DNA of 64,000 nt from an uncultured Gemmiger sp. (GTDB lineage: Bacteria; Bacillota; Clostridia; Oscillospirales; Ruminococcaceae), in the NCBI GenBank assembly GCA_963557315.1, contig CAUWAX010000014.1:12648-76647 (forward strand), given 5' to 3'. Numbering within the stretch: the first letter of the stretch is position 1; each line of letters begins with the position of its first letter. Made by a program: the position numbers and the translations under genes. This document shows, in pieces, positions 56,166-64,000 of the stretch. The notes beneath the pieces are model-generated. The model had not been told where the DNA came from, ran no database searches, and saw only the letters and a list, made by a program, of their open reading frames with translations.

Positions 56166-56240
56166 TGGTGACCCGTACGGGAATCGAACCCATGTTACAG
56201 CCGTGAAAGGGCCGTGTCTTAACCGCTTGACCAACGGGCC
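56166..56240 (-). tRNA. tRNA-Glu (UUC), CCA encoded
   Basis: The reverse complement reads GGCCCGTTGGTCAAGCGGTTAAGACACGGCCCTTTCACGGCTGTAACATGGGTTCGATTCCCGTACGGGTCACCA. Anticodon loop is CTTTCAC. Confidence 0.9.
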
Positions 56241-56247
56241 ATATGAC

Positions 56248-56325
56248 GCAGGATTTCGCTAAAACAGCAAGCAACTTACCGACCACTGCTGCAATCGGCC
56301 CCCAAGTATTTTAGCGAAAGCCTGC
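56248..56325 (-). other. Long inverted repeat in the tRNA-Met/tRNA-Glu spacer
   Basis: GCAGGATTTCGCTAAAA (56248-64) pairs with TTTTAGCGAAAGCCTGC (56309-25): 17 bp with one mismatch and a 44-nt loop. Confidence 0.6.
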
Positions 56326-56329
56326 ATTA

Positions 56330-56406
56330 TGGTAGCGGTAACTGGATTTGAACCGGTGACACTTCGGGTATGAACCGAATGCTCTAGCCAACTGAGCTAT
56401 ACCGCC
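56330..56406 (-). tRNA. Elongator tRNA-Met (CAU), CCA encoded
   Basis: The reverse complement reads GGCGGTATAGCTCAGTTGGCTAGAGCATTCGGTTCATACCCGAAGTGTCACCGGTTCAAATCCAGTTACCGCTACCA. Confidence 0.88.
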
Positions 56407-56439
56407 ACATATCGGCGCCTTATCAAAAAGCGCTCTATT

Positions 56440-56468
56440 ATTATACGAATCCGGGGGCTTTCTGTCAA
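56440..56468 (-). promoter_or_regulatory. Consensus sigma-A promoter of the tRNA operon
   Basis: On the minus strand: TTGACA-17 nt-TATAAT, about 33 nt upstream of tRNA-Met. Confidence 0.75.
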
Positions 56469-56582
56469 GTAGTTTTTGCAATTTTTTTTAAAAAATACGG
56501 CTAAGTTGTAACTTTTTCAGCGCTCTATGGTGCGTTGCCGCGGCATATGCTATACTGGACTCAAGAAAAGGAGGGTCACATC

Positions 56583-57311
56583 ATGAAAATTTCTCTGCTT
56601 TTTGCGGCGGCCCTGCTGGCGCTGACGGCCTGTACCGCCGCTCCGTCCGAGAACGCGGTCTCGGATTCTGGTTCTTCCGCTGCGGCGCAGGCCACCCCCG
56701 ACCCCACCGAACCGCCCGACGCTACTCCGGCGCCCACGCCCCAAGCCACGCCGGTGCCGGTAGAAACAATGAAAGAACGATACATCGAAACATTCTCAGC
56801 GCCGGAAGCGGAAGTTGAAACCACGGTCACCGCCAATGGCTGCACCCTGACATTGGAGGATAGTCTGGACACCGAGCCGGAGTTGTTGGTCTATCTGGGG
56901 TATCTCTACGAAGTACAGGGAGAGGTCGAGAAGGTAGAGGGGTTGATAGGCGAGGATAACGCCCTCATGGGGGCAATGGGAACCACCGCCTGGATGTATC
57001 GGGACGGGGACCCGGAGATGGCCACTCAAACCATCCACGAACTGCACACCATGACATGGCAGGAGGTGGAGGGGGCTTCGAACTACACCCGTACCCAACT
57101 GCAGCAGTATCTGGCGGACTGCGACCTGCAGCAGTGGACGATGGTAGCGGTGGATCTGGACTGGACCTACACCCCAGAGAAGGAAGCCGCCGGTCCCCAA
57201 CTACCCGCAGGCCGCTACCAGCGGTATTTCCTGCTGGGCAGTCCTTCGGGCAGTAGGGAGCTGAAACTCTATGCCCTTTACTGGGAGGACTTTTACCCCC
57301 AGAAGTTATAA
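56583..57311 (+). CDS. Hypothetical lipoprotein
   Basis: 242 aa from ATG 56583 (AAAAGGAGGG upstream). Signal peptide plus lipobox LALTAC, then a Pro/Thr/Ala linker. Confidence 0.6.
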   Translation: MKISLLFAAALLALTACTAAPSENAVSDSGSSAAAQATPDPTEPPDATPAPTPQATPVPVETMKERYIETFSAPEAEVETTVTANGCTLTLEDSLDTEPELLVYLGYLYEVQGEVEKVEGLIGEDNALMGAMGTTAWMYRDGDPEMATQTIHELHTMTWQEVEGASNYTRTQLQQYLADCDLQQWTMVAVDLDWTYTPEKEAAGPQLPAGRYQRYFLLGSPSGSRELKLYALYWEDFYPQKL

Positions 57312-57332
57312 GAACAAAGGCGCAAAAGAACC

Positions 57333-57365
57333 AAAAAACGCATGGTCATGTGACCATGCGTTTTT
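57333..57365. terminator. Bidirectional intrinsic terminator (lipoprotein gene / serS)
   Basis: AAAAAACGCATGGTCA-TG-TGACCATGCGTTTTT. Confidence 0.85.
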
Positions 57366-57369
57366 CTTT

Positions 57370-57405
57370 GGAATTTCTTTGGCTCTTTCTTTGTAAAGAA
57401 AGAAC
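57370..57405 (-). repeat. IHR copy 22, variant stem
   Basis: GGAATTTCTTTG-GCTCTTTCTTTGTAAAGAAAGAAC, between the serS stop (57418) and the terminator. Confidence 0.85.
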
Positions 57406-57417
57406 AGCACCACCCAA

Positions 57418-58725
57418 TTACTTCTTGTTGGGCACCAGCAGGGCCTTGCCGCCCATGTAGGGGCGCAGGACCTCGGGGATGGTAACGCTGCCGTCGGCCT
57501 TCAGATGGTTCTCCAGAAAGGCGATGAGCATCCGCGGCGGGGCCACGCAGGTGTTGTTCAGGGTATGGGCAAGCTGAGGTTTGCCGTTCTCGTCCTTGTA
57601 GCGGATATGCAGACGGCGGGCCTGGGCATCGCCCAAGTTGGAGCAGCTGCACACCTCGAAGTACTTCTGCTGACGGGGGCTCCAGGCCTCGATGTCGCAG
57701 CTCTTCACCTTCAGGTCGGCCAAGTCGCCGGAGCAGCACTCCAACTGGCGGACGGGGATCTCCATAGAGCGGAACAGCTCCACCGAGTTACGCCACAGCT
57801 TTTCGTACCAGTTCATGCTGTCCTCGGGCTTGCAGACGACGATCATCTCCTGCTTCTCGAACTGGTGGATGCGGTAGATGCCGCGCTCCTCGATGCCGTG
57901 GGCGCCCTTCTCCTTGCGGAAGCAGGGGGAATAGCTGGTCAGGGTCAGGGGCAGCTTGCTGCCGTCCAGCATCTGGTCGATGAACCGGCCGATCATGGTA
58001 TGCTCGGAAGTACCGATGAGGTAGAGGTCCTCGCCCTCGATCTTGTACATCATGGCGTCCATCTCGGGGAAGGACATAACGCCCTTGACCACGTCACCGT
58101 GCATCATGAAGGGCGGGATCACATAGGTGAAGCCCTTGTCGATCATGAAATCCCGGGCGTAGGCCAGCACGGCTTCGTGCAGGCGGGCGATGTCGCCCAG
58201 CAGATAGTAGAAGCCGTTGCCCGCGACCCGACCGGCGGAATCCAGATCGATGCCGTCAAAGCTCTCCATGATGTCCACATGGTAGGGGATGGGGTAGTCG
58301 GGCACCACCGGCTCACCGAACCGCTGGACTTCCACGTTGTGGCTGTCGTCGGGACCAATGGGCACGCTGGGGTCGATCATCTGAGGAATCGTGTACATGA
58401 TCTCCTGAATCTTGGCCTGCAGCTCGGTCTCCTTGGCTTCCAGCTCCTTCAGGCGGTCAGCCTGAGCCGTGACCTGCTTTTTGACCTCTTCCGCCTCGGC
58501 GGCTTTGCTGGGGTCTTTCTTGGCCTGTCCCATCAGCATGCCGATCTGCTTGGACAGCTTGTTGCGGTTGGCCCGCAGGTCGCTGGCCTCGCCGATGGCG
58601 GCGCGGTACTCGGCATCCAGCGCGATGACCTCATCCACCAAGGGCAGCTTGGCGTCTTGGAACTTCTTGCGGATGTTCTCCTTGACGGCTTCGGGGTTTT
58701 CGCGGACAAAGCGAATGTCTAACAT
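57418..58725 (-). CDS. serS: Seryl-tRNA synthetase
   Basis: 435 aa. N-terminal coiled-coil arm (MLDIRFVRENPE...) and class-II motifs (FRKEKGAHG, TLNNTCVAPPR). Confidence 0.95.
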   Translation of the reverse strand: MLDIRFVRENPEAVKENIRKKFQDAKLPLVDEVIALDAEYRAAIGEASDLRANRNKLSKQIGMLMGQAKKDPSKAAEAEEVKKQVTAQADRLKELEAKETELQAKIQEIMYTIPQMIDPSVPIGPDDSHNVEVQRFGEPVVPDYPIPYHVDIMESFDGIDLDSAGRVAGNGFYYLLGDIARLHEAVLAYARDFMIDKGFTYVIPPFMMHGDVVKGVMSFPEMDAMMYKIEGEDLYLIGTSEHTMIGRFIDQMLDGSKLPLTLTSYSPCFRKEKGAHGIEERGIYRIHQFEKQEMIVVCKPEDSMNWYEKLWRNSVELFRSMEIPVRQLECCSGDLADLKVKSCDIEAWSPRQQKYFEVCSCSNLGDAQARRLHIRYKDENGKPQLAHTLNNTCVAPPRMLIAFLENHLKADGSVTIPEVLRPYMGGKALLVPNKK

Positions 58726-58755
58726 GATTGATGCACTCCTCTATGGTAATTTCCT

Positions 58756-59640
58756 TCAGGATTCGGGGTCGTACTGGCCCAGCAGGCTGACGAACTTTTG
58801 CAGCATCTCGTCGCTGTAAAAGTCGATTTTCAGGCTGCCTTTGCCATCCTTGTACTCTACATGGACCTCGCTGCCGGTGACTTCCTTCAGCGCGGCTTCC
58901 ACTTCCACCGCCCGCTTGGGACGGGTAAAGGCGTCGGGTTTGGGTTTGGGGGGCTTGGGCGGCTTGGACAACTTCTTGCAAAGCGCCTCGGTCTGCCGCA
59001 CGTTCAAGCCTTTGTCGGTGATCTCTGCCGCGGCGGCTTGGATCAGCTCCTCGTTGGGCAGACCCAGCAGCACCTTGGCATGACCGGCGCTGAGCGTACC
59101 GGCACTGACCTGCGCCCGCACATCGTCGGGCAAGGCCAGCAGCCGCAGCGAGTTGGTCACCGCACTGCGGCTTTTGCCCAGCCGCTTGGCGGCGGTCTCT
59201 TGGGTCAGGCCGTATTTTTCGATAAGCTGACGGCAGCCCTCCGCCACTTCGATGGGGTCGAGGTCCTCCCGCTGGAGGTTCTCGATGAGGGCCAAGGCTG
59301 CGGCCTGTTCGTCGGTCACATCCTTGATGAGGACCGGCACCTCGTCCAGCCCGGCCAGCCGAGCCGCCCGCCAGCGGCGCTCGCCGGCAATGATCAGATA
59401 CCCGGTGCCGATCCGCTTGGGCCGCACCGCGATGGGCTGCAGCAGACCGTTTTCGGTGATGCTGGCCGCCAGACCCGCCAGCGCCTCGTCGTCAAACTTT
59501 TTGCGGGGCTGCTCGGGGTCGGGTTCGATCTCCCGCAAGGGCAGGGTGGTCACGCCGGCGTCGTCGGCACTGGTTTCGGGTAGGTCGGCAAACAGACTGT
59601 CCAGTCCTTTGCCCAACCCTCCCAGTTTGCGTTTGGCCAT
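58756..59640 (-). CDS. parB: Chromosome partitioning protein ParB/Spo0J
   Basis: 294 aa. ParB box LLQPIAVRP...IIAGERRWRAA, the HTH region, and position downstream of parA. Confidence 0.92.
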   Translation of the reverse strand: MAKRKLGGLGKGLDSLFADLPETSADDAGVTTLPLREIEPDPEQPRKKFDDEALAGLAASITENGLLQPIAVRPKRIGTGYLIIAGERRWRAARLAGLDEVPVLIKDVTDEQAAALALIENLQREDLDPIEVAEGCRQLIEKYGLTQETAAKRLGKSRSAVTNSLRLLALPDDVRAQVSAGTLSAGHAKVLLGLPNEELIQAAAAEITDKGLNVRQTEALCKKLSKPPKPPKPKPDAFTRPKRAVEVEAALKEVTGSEVHVEYKDGKGSLKIDFYSDEMLQKFVSLLGQYDPES

Positions 59641-59652
59641 CGGCGTACCTCC

Positions 59653-60417
59653 TTACCGCTCGTTGTTGTGTAAAAATTCCCGGGCCAGCTCCATGTAGGC
59701 TTCGCAGCCTTTGCCGCTGGGCTCGTAGAAGTTGATGGGCATACCGAAGCTGGGCGCCTCGCTCAGGCGCACCGACCGGGGAATGACCGCCTTGAATACC
59801 TTGTCGCCGTAGTATTTCTTGACTTGGGCCACCACCTGCATGGTCAGGTTGAGCCGGCCGGAATACATGGTGAAGAGCACGCCCTCGATGTCCAGATACC
59901 GGTTGTACTTTTTGCGCACCGTTTTTAAGGTGTTCATCAGCTCGGTCAGGCCCTCCAGCGCGAAGAACTCGCACTGTAGGGGGATGAGCACGGTATCGCA
60001 GGCGCACAGGCCGTTGATGGTCAGCAGATCCAGCGAGGGCGGGCAGTCGATGAAGATATAGTCGTAGAGGGGGACCACCGGGGCCAGCACAGCCCGCAGC
60101 CGCATTTCGCGCCGGGGGATGCTGACCAGTTCCACCGCCGCACCCGCCAACTGGGTGTTGGAAGGCAGCAGGTCGGCGTTGTACTCGGTCTTGACGATGG
60201 CATCCCGCACATCGTCATCGTCGATGAGGCAGGTGTAGATGTCGGCGTCCAGCTTATTTTTGGCCACGCCGTAGCCCGAGGTGGAGTTGCCCTGGGGGTC
60301 CAGGTCCACCACAAGGACCTTTTTGCCCAGCGCAGCCACGCAGGCGCTCAGGTTGACGGCGGTGGTGGTTTTGCCCACGCCGCCTTTCTGGTTTGCTACC
60401 GCGATGACTTTGGCCAC
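59653..60417 (-). CDS. parA: Chromosome partitioning ATPase ParA/Soj
   Basis: 254 aa from GTG 60417 (GAGGAGGG upstream). Deviant Walker A NQKGGVGKTTT. The upstream part of ORF 59653..60846 is Pro-rich and looks non-coding. Confidence 0.93.
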   Translation of the reverse strand: MAKVIAVANQKGGVGKTTTAVNLSACVAALGKKVLVVDLDPQGNSTSGYGVAKNKLDADIYTCLIDDDDVRDAIVKTEYNADLLPSNTQLAGAAVELVSIPRREMRLRAVLAPVVPLYDYIFIDCPPSLDLLTINGLCACDTVLIPLQCEFFALEGLTELMNTLKTVRKKYNRYLDIEGVLFTMYSGRLNLTMQVVAQVKKYYGDKVFKAVIPRSVRLSEAPSFGMPINFYEPSGKGCEAYMELAREFLHNNER

Positions 60418-60519
60418 GGCGTACCCTCCTCTTTGTTGCAAAATAGGGCGCAAAAACTGCGTCCGCACCCTATTATAGCACAGCTTGCCCCCTTTAAAAA
60501 GGGTTTTGCAGAAAAAACT

Positions 60520-60555
60520 CCCCCGGGAATGTTCCACGTGGAACATTCCCGGGGG
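60520..60555. promoter_or_regulatory. parS site 1 (TGTTCCACGTGGAACA, 60530-60545) at the centre of a 36-bp perfect palindrome
   Basis: CCCCCGGGAA-TGTTCCACGTGGAACA-TTCCCGGGGG. On the minus strand it is followed by GAGTTTTTT, so it also has the form of an intrinsic terminator after the noc-like gene. Confidence 0.85.
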
Positions 60556-60631
60556 CAAATCACCCGCTTTTCCAAAAACAAAAGCGCGGCGCACCGGAAA
60601 GCCCGGTGCGCCGTGGAAGGGGGAAAGGAGG

Positions 60632-61621
60632 TCACAGCAGCTGTACGGCAAAGCTCTCGCGGTCGGCGGGGGCGTCGGCGTCGGGAGCAGGGGGAACCGC
60701 AGCAGCGGCCGGGACGGCGGGGGAAACCCCGGCACCAGCCGGGGAGAGGGGAGCTGCCTGCCCAGCCCCGGGGGACGGGGCGGCGGCAGAGGGGGCCGGG
60801 GTGCCGGTGGCCACCCGGCCATCGGTGCCCACGGGGATGCGGACAATGTACTCGAGACAACCGTCCCGCTTATCGCAGCTGGTGGTGGCGGCGATGCCCT
60901 TTTGGGTCATCAGGTCCACGGCGTGCTGCAAGGTGTTGACGAAGAACCGCACGTCCCGCACCATGGGGATGGTCTTGCGGCAGGGGCTGGGGGCCTTGGG
61001 GGCGGCCAGCATGGTGTCCACCAGCTTGTCGGCCTGACGGACGCTCATATTCTCCCGGGCGATCTTTTCCAGCGCCGCGGTGCGGCGGCTTTCCGGCAGG
61101 CGAAGCACCGCCCGGGCGTGCCGCTCGCTGAGATGGTTGGCGGTGCACAGGTCCTGCTGTTCGGGGGTCAGGGTAAGCAGGCGCAGCTTGTTGGCCAAGG
61201 CGGGCTGGCTAAGGCCCAGACGGCGGGCGGCTTCGGCTTGGGTGCAGCCCCACAGCCGGATGACCTCCTTGATGCCCCGGGCGGTGTCGAAGGGGTCCAA
61301 CTGGCTGCGCTGGAGGTTTTCCAAAAGACCCAGCGCCGCCGATTCGCTGTCGTCGAAGTCGGACAGGATGGCGGGGATCTTTTCCAGCTTGGCCAGACGG
61401 CAGGCCCGCAGACGGCGTTCCCCGGCCACCAGTTGGTATTTCCGCAGCCCTACCCGCCGCACGCTGATGGGCTGCAGCAGGCCGTTTTGCAGAATGCTCA
61501 CCGCCAAGGCGGCGATCTCCGGCTCGTCGAAGGCGGTGCGGGCCTGATAGGGCGACGGCTCGATGCTGTCGATGGGCAGCAGCATCACGCGGCCCGGTTT
61601 TTGGCTTTCTTTTCTGGACAC
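60632..61621 (-). CDS. ParB/Noc-like paralogue with a Pro/Ala-rich C-terminal tail
   Basis: 329 aa. ParB box LLQPISVRR...LVAGERRLRAC and HTH TQAEAARRLGLSQPALANKL. Sits in the rsmG-noc-soj-spo0J position. Confidence 0.8.
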   Translation of the reverse strand: MSRKESQKPGRVMLLPIDSIEPSPYQARTAFDEPEIAALAVSILQNGLLQPISVRRVGLRKYQLVAGERRLRACRLAKLEKIPAILSDFDDSESAALGLLENLQRSQLDPFDTARGIKEVIRLWGCTQAEAARRLGLSQPALANKLRLLTLTPEQQDLCTANHLSERHARAVLRLPESRRTAALEKIARENMSVRQADKLVDTMLAAPKAPSPCRKTIPMVRDVRFFVNTLQHAVDLMTQKGIAATTSCDKRDGCLEYIVRIPVGTDGRVATGTPAPSAAAPSPGAGQAAPLSPAGAGVSPAVPAAAAVPPAPDADAPADRESFAVQLL

Positions 61622-61753
61622 GATGATTTCCTCCCTGCGGGCGCAATCTCCCGATAAAACAAAAGTGCTATGCTTTTTCTACAAAAAGCATAGCACATCG
61701 TGCCGCAAACGGGAACAAAAATCGTTCGTCCCAAAAGGGCGTTTTTCGCGGTG

Positions 61754-62458
61754 TTACAGCGGTTTTTTTGCGATTTTTCCGCCGTTCCGGGGGTAAACCG
61801 TCGGAGTTTGCGATATTTTTTTGCAGACCACCAGCCCCCGGGCGCTGCCGTCCGGCAGGGTAAAGGTGCGGGTTTCCCGGTATTGGCCGCCCAGCTTATG
61901 CAGGGCGTTGGCCGCGGCCTTGGCTTCGGCGTCGGCCTCGGGGCCTTTCAGGGCGATGAAGACCCCGCCCGGTTTGACCAGCGGCAGGCAGTATTCACAC
62001 AGCACCGGCAGCGCGGCCACCGCCCGGGCGCAGGCCACGTCGAACTGTTCCCGCCAGACTTTGCGGGCCGCTTCCTCGGCCCGTTCCTTGGCGAACTCGA
62101 TGCCGGTCAGGCCCAGTTCGGCGCAGAGATATTTGAGGAAATCCACCCGTTTGCCGGTGGGTTCCATCAGGGTGAGCTGCAAATCGGGCTTGTAGATCTT
62201 GGCCACCACACCGGGGAAGCCCGCGCCGGTGCCCACGTCCACCAGCTTGCCCGCCACTTCGGGCTGGGCGGCAAAGAGCAGGCTGTCGGCAAAGTGGCGG
62301 TCCTCGATGCCCTCGGGGGCGGTGATGGCCGTCAGGTTGACTTTCTGGTTGTAGTCCACCAGCAGTTCGGCGTAGCGGTCCAGCAGGTCCAACTGGGTGG
62401 GGGAGAGGGCAATGTTCCACGTGGAACATTTTTGGGCCAGACGTTCCTTGTCGATCAT
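61754..62458 (-). CDS. rsmG: 16S rRNA (guanine527-N7)-methyltransferase
   Basis: 234 aa. SAM motif [11 protein letters not shown]. Its start overlaps the mnmG stop. Confidence 0.9.
   Translation of the reverse strand: MIDKERLAQKCSTWNIALSPTQLDLLDRYAELLVDYNQKVNLTAITAPEGIEDRHFADSLLFAAQPEVAGKLVDVGTGAGFPGVVAKIYKPDLQLTLMEPTGKRVDFLKYLCAELGLTGIEFAKERAEEAARKVWREQFDVACARAVAALPVLCEYCLPLVKPGGVFIALKGPEADAEAKAAANALHKLGGQYRETRTFTLPDGSARGLVVCKKISQTPTVYPRNGGKIAKKPL
62413..62428. promoter_or_regulatory. parS site 2 inside the 5' end of rsmG
   Basis: Perfect TGTTCCACGTGGAACA, lying within the codons for ...KCSTWNI... Confidence 0.85.
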
Positions 62459-64000
62459 AGGGTTTCCTCTTTCTGCCCGTCGGCGCGGGCTTTCAGCAGT
62501 ACGATGCTCAACTGGGCGAGATCGCTGGGGGAGACCCCGGGGATCCGTCCGGCCTGGGCCAGCGTCCGGGGCCGGATCTTGCAGAGCTTCTCCCGGGATT
62601 CCAGCGTCATCGTTTCGATGGGGGCATAGTCGAAGTCCTCGGGGATGGTCACGTTTTCGTGGCGCTGGATGTCCCGGATGATCCGCTCCTCCCGGGCGAT
62701 GTAGCCCGCATAGCGGATCTCGGTCTCGATGCGCTGGGCCATGGCGGGGGTGACCCCTTCGCCTCGGCCGATGACCGCGGCGATCCGCTCATAGGTGATG
62801 GCCGGGCGGCGCATCAGCTCGGCTGCGGTGCCGCCGCTCTCGCCCAGTTCGGTGCCCTCCGGCACCACCGCCCGCAGGTCGGCTAACTTGATGTGGGCGT
62901 TTTGCAGCCGCTTCAGTTCGGCCTGCTTGATGTCCCGGTCGTGGCAAAAGACCGCCCACCGGGCGTCGTCCACCAGACCGTACTCCCGGCCAATGGGGGT
63001 CAGCCGCTCGTCGGCGTTGTCCTGCCGCAGGGACAGACGGTATTCGCTGCGGCTGGTCATCATGCGGTAGGGGTCCAGCACCCCCTTGGTGACCAGATCA
63101 TCCACCAAGGTGCCCAGATAGCTGGTGTGGCGGGCCAGCACCAGTTCGGACTTGCCCAACGCATGGCGGGCGGCGTTCAGCCCGGCCAGCAGACCTTGGG
63201 CGGCGGCTTCCTCGTAGCCGGAAGTGCCGTTGAACTGTCCGGCGCCGTAGATGCCCGCCACCACCTTGCTCTCCAAGGTGGGTTTCAGGGTGGTGGGGTC
63301 CACGCAGTCGTATTCGATGGCGTAGGCGGGGCGCATGATCTCCAGATGTTCAAAGCCCACGATGGTGCGGTACATGGCATTCTGGACCGCCTCGGGCAGG
63401 CTGGAGGAAAGCCCTTGCAGGTACATCTCCTCGGTGTCCTCGCCGCAGGGCTCCACAAAGATGGGGTGGCGCTGCTTTTCTTTGAAGCGCACCACCTTGT
63501 CCTCGATGGAGGGGCAGTACCGGGGTCCCACGCCTTGGATGTCCCCGCCGTAGAGGGGGGAGCGGTGCAGGTTGTCGAGGATGACCTTGTGGGTCTCGGG
63601 GTTGGTGTAGGCGATGTAGCAGTCCACCTTGTTGTGCATGGGGGCGCGGGTCAAAAAGCTGAAAGGCTGCAGCAGTTCGTCGGGGTCACCGGGCTGGCAT
63701 TCCAGCTTGGAGAAATCGATGCTGCGGCGATGGACCCGGGCGGGGGTGCCGGTCTTGAAGCGGCGCAGGGTAAAGCCGTGGTCCACCAGCGACCGGGTCA
63801 AGGCGGTGGCAGCGTGGGTGCCGTCGGGGCCGCCGTCGTAGTGGGCTTCCCCCACAAAGATCCGCCCGCCCAAGGTGGTGCCGGTGGCAATGACACAGGC
63901 CTTGCAGCCGTAGTAGCCGCCCAGCGCCGTGATGACCCCCACGATGCGCCCTTCCTGCACGTCCACGCCGACGATCTCGGCTTGGTGGATGTCCAAGTTG
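62455..64000 (-). CDS. mnmG: tRNA uridine-5-carboxymethylaminomethyl modification enzyme MnmG (GidA), 5' end beyond the window
   Basis: More than 513 aa in frame to the window edge. GidA blocks ([38 protein letters not shown]-like). The true start lies above position 64000. Confidence 0.93.
   Translation of the reverse strand, partial: NLDIHQAEIVGVDVQEGRIVGVITALGGYYGCKACVIATGTTLGGRIFVGEAHYDGGPDGTHAATALTRSLVDHGFTLRRFKTGTPARVHRRSIDFSKLECQPGDPDELLQPFSFLTRAPMHNKVDCYIAYTNPETHKVILDNLHRSPLYGGDIQGVGPRYCPSIEDKVVRFKEKQRHPIFVEPCGEDTEEMYLQGLSSSLPEAVQNAMYRTIVGFEHLEIMRPAYAIEYDCVDPTTLKPTLESKVVAGIYGAGQFNGTSGYEEAAAQGLLAGLNAARHALGKSELVLARHTSYLGTLVDDLVTKGVLDPYRMMTSRSEYRLSLRQDNADERLTPIGREYGLVDDARWAVFCHDRDIKQAELKRLQNAHIKLADLRAVVPEGTELGESGGTAAELMRRPAITYERIAAVIGRGEGVTPAMAQRIETEIRYAGYIAREERIIRDIQRHENVTIPEDFDYAPIETMTLESREKLCKIRPRTLAQAGRIPGVSPSDLAQLSIVLLKARADGQKEETL

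Noticed and set aside
58726-58755. Expected T-box leader upstream of serS
   Set aside because: Only 30 nt separate the parB stop from the serS start, which leaves no room for a T-box. serS appears to be co-transcribed with parAB.

Overview
GC-rich chromosomal replication-origin region of a Firmicute. By gene content it looks like Clostridia, possibly an Oscillospiraceae or Faecalibacterium relative; that placement is an inference, not tested. The core is rpmH-rnpA-yidD-yidC-jag (minus strand), then dnaA-dnaN-yaaA-recF-remB-gyrB-gyrA (plus strand). oriC is best placed in the dnaA-dnaN spacer, which carries a DnaA-box array, a GC cluster, a (TAG)4 DnaA-trio-like run and an AT-rich tract. Other housekeeping genes are rsmI, copA with a translationally coupled acylphosphatase, gluQ, an Amt-PII fusion, Na+-decarboxylase beta and gamma subunits, trmO, nifJ (PFOR), uppP, ftsH, serS, and a parB-parA-noc-like-rsmG-mnmG block with two perfect parS sites. 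There are three tRNAs. The only clear accessory gene is a solitary MmeI-like type IIL restriction-modification gene beside tRNA-Glu; it is visibly more AT-rich than its surroundings. The most unusual content is non-coding. (1) A 35-45 nt palindromic hairpin repeat occurs 22 times, has covarying stems, and usually lies between a stop codon and the intrinsic terminator. (2) A second structured repeat of about 110 nt occurs in two clear copies. (3) Arrays derived from tRNA 3' ends lie downstream of two different tRNA genes and share one hairpin module. (4) Two further DnaA-box clusters lie away from dnaA. No CRISPR array, transposase, integrase or prophage was seen. All coordinates were hand-indexed and checked against the ORF track. 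No GC values, folds or database searches were computed.
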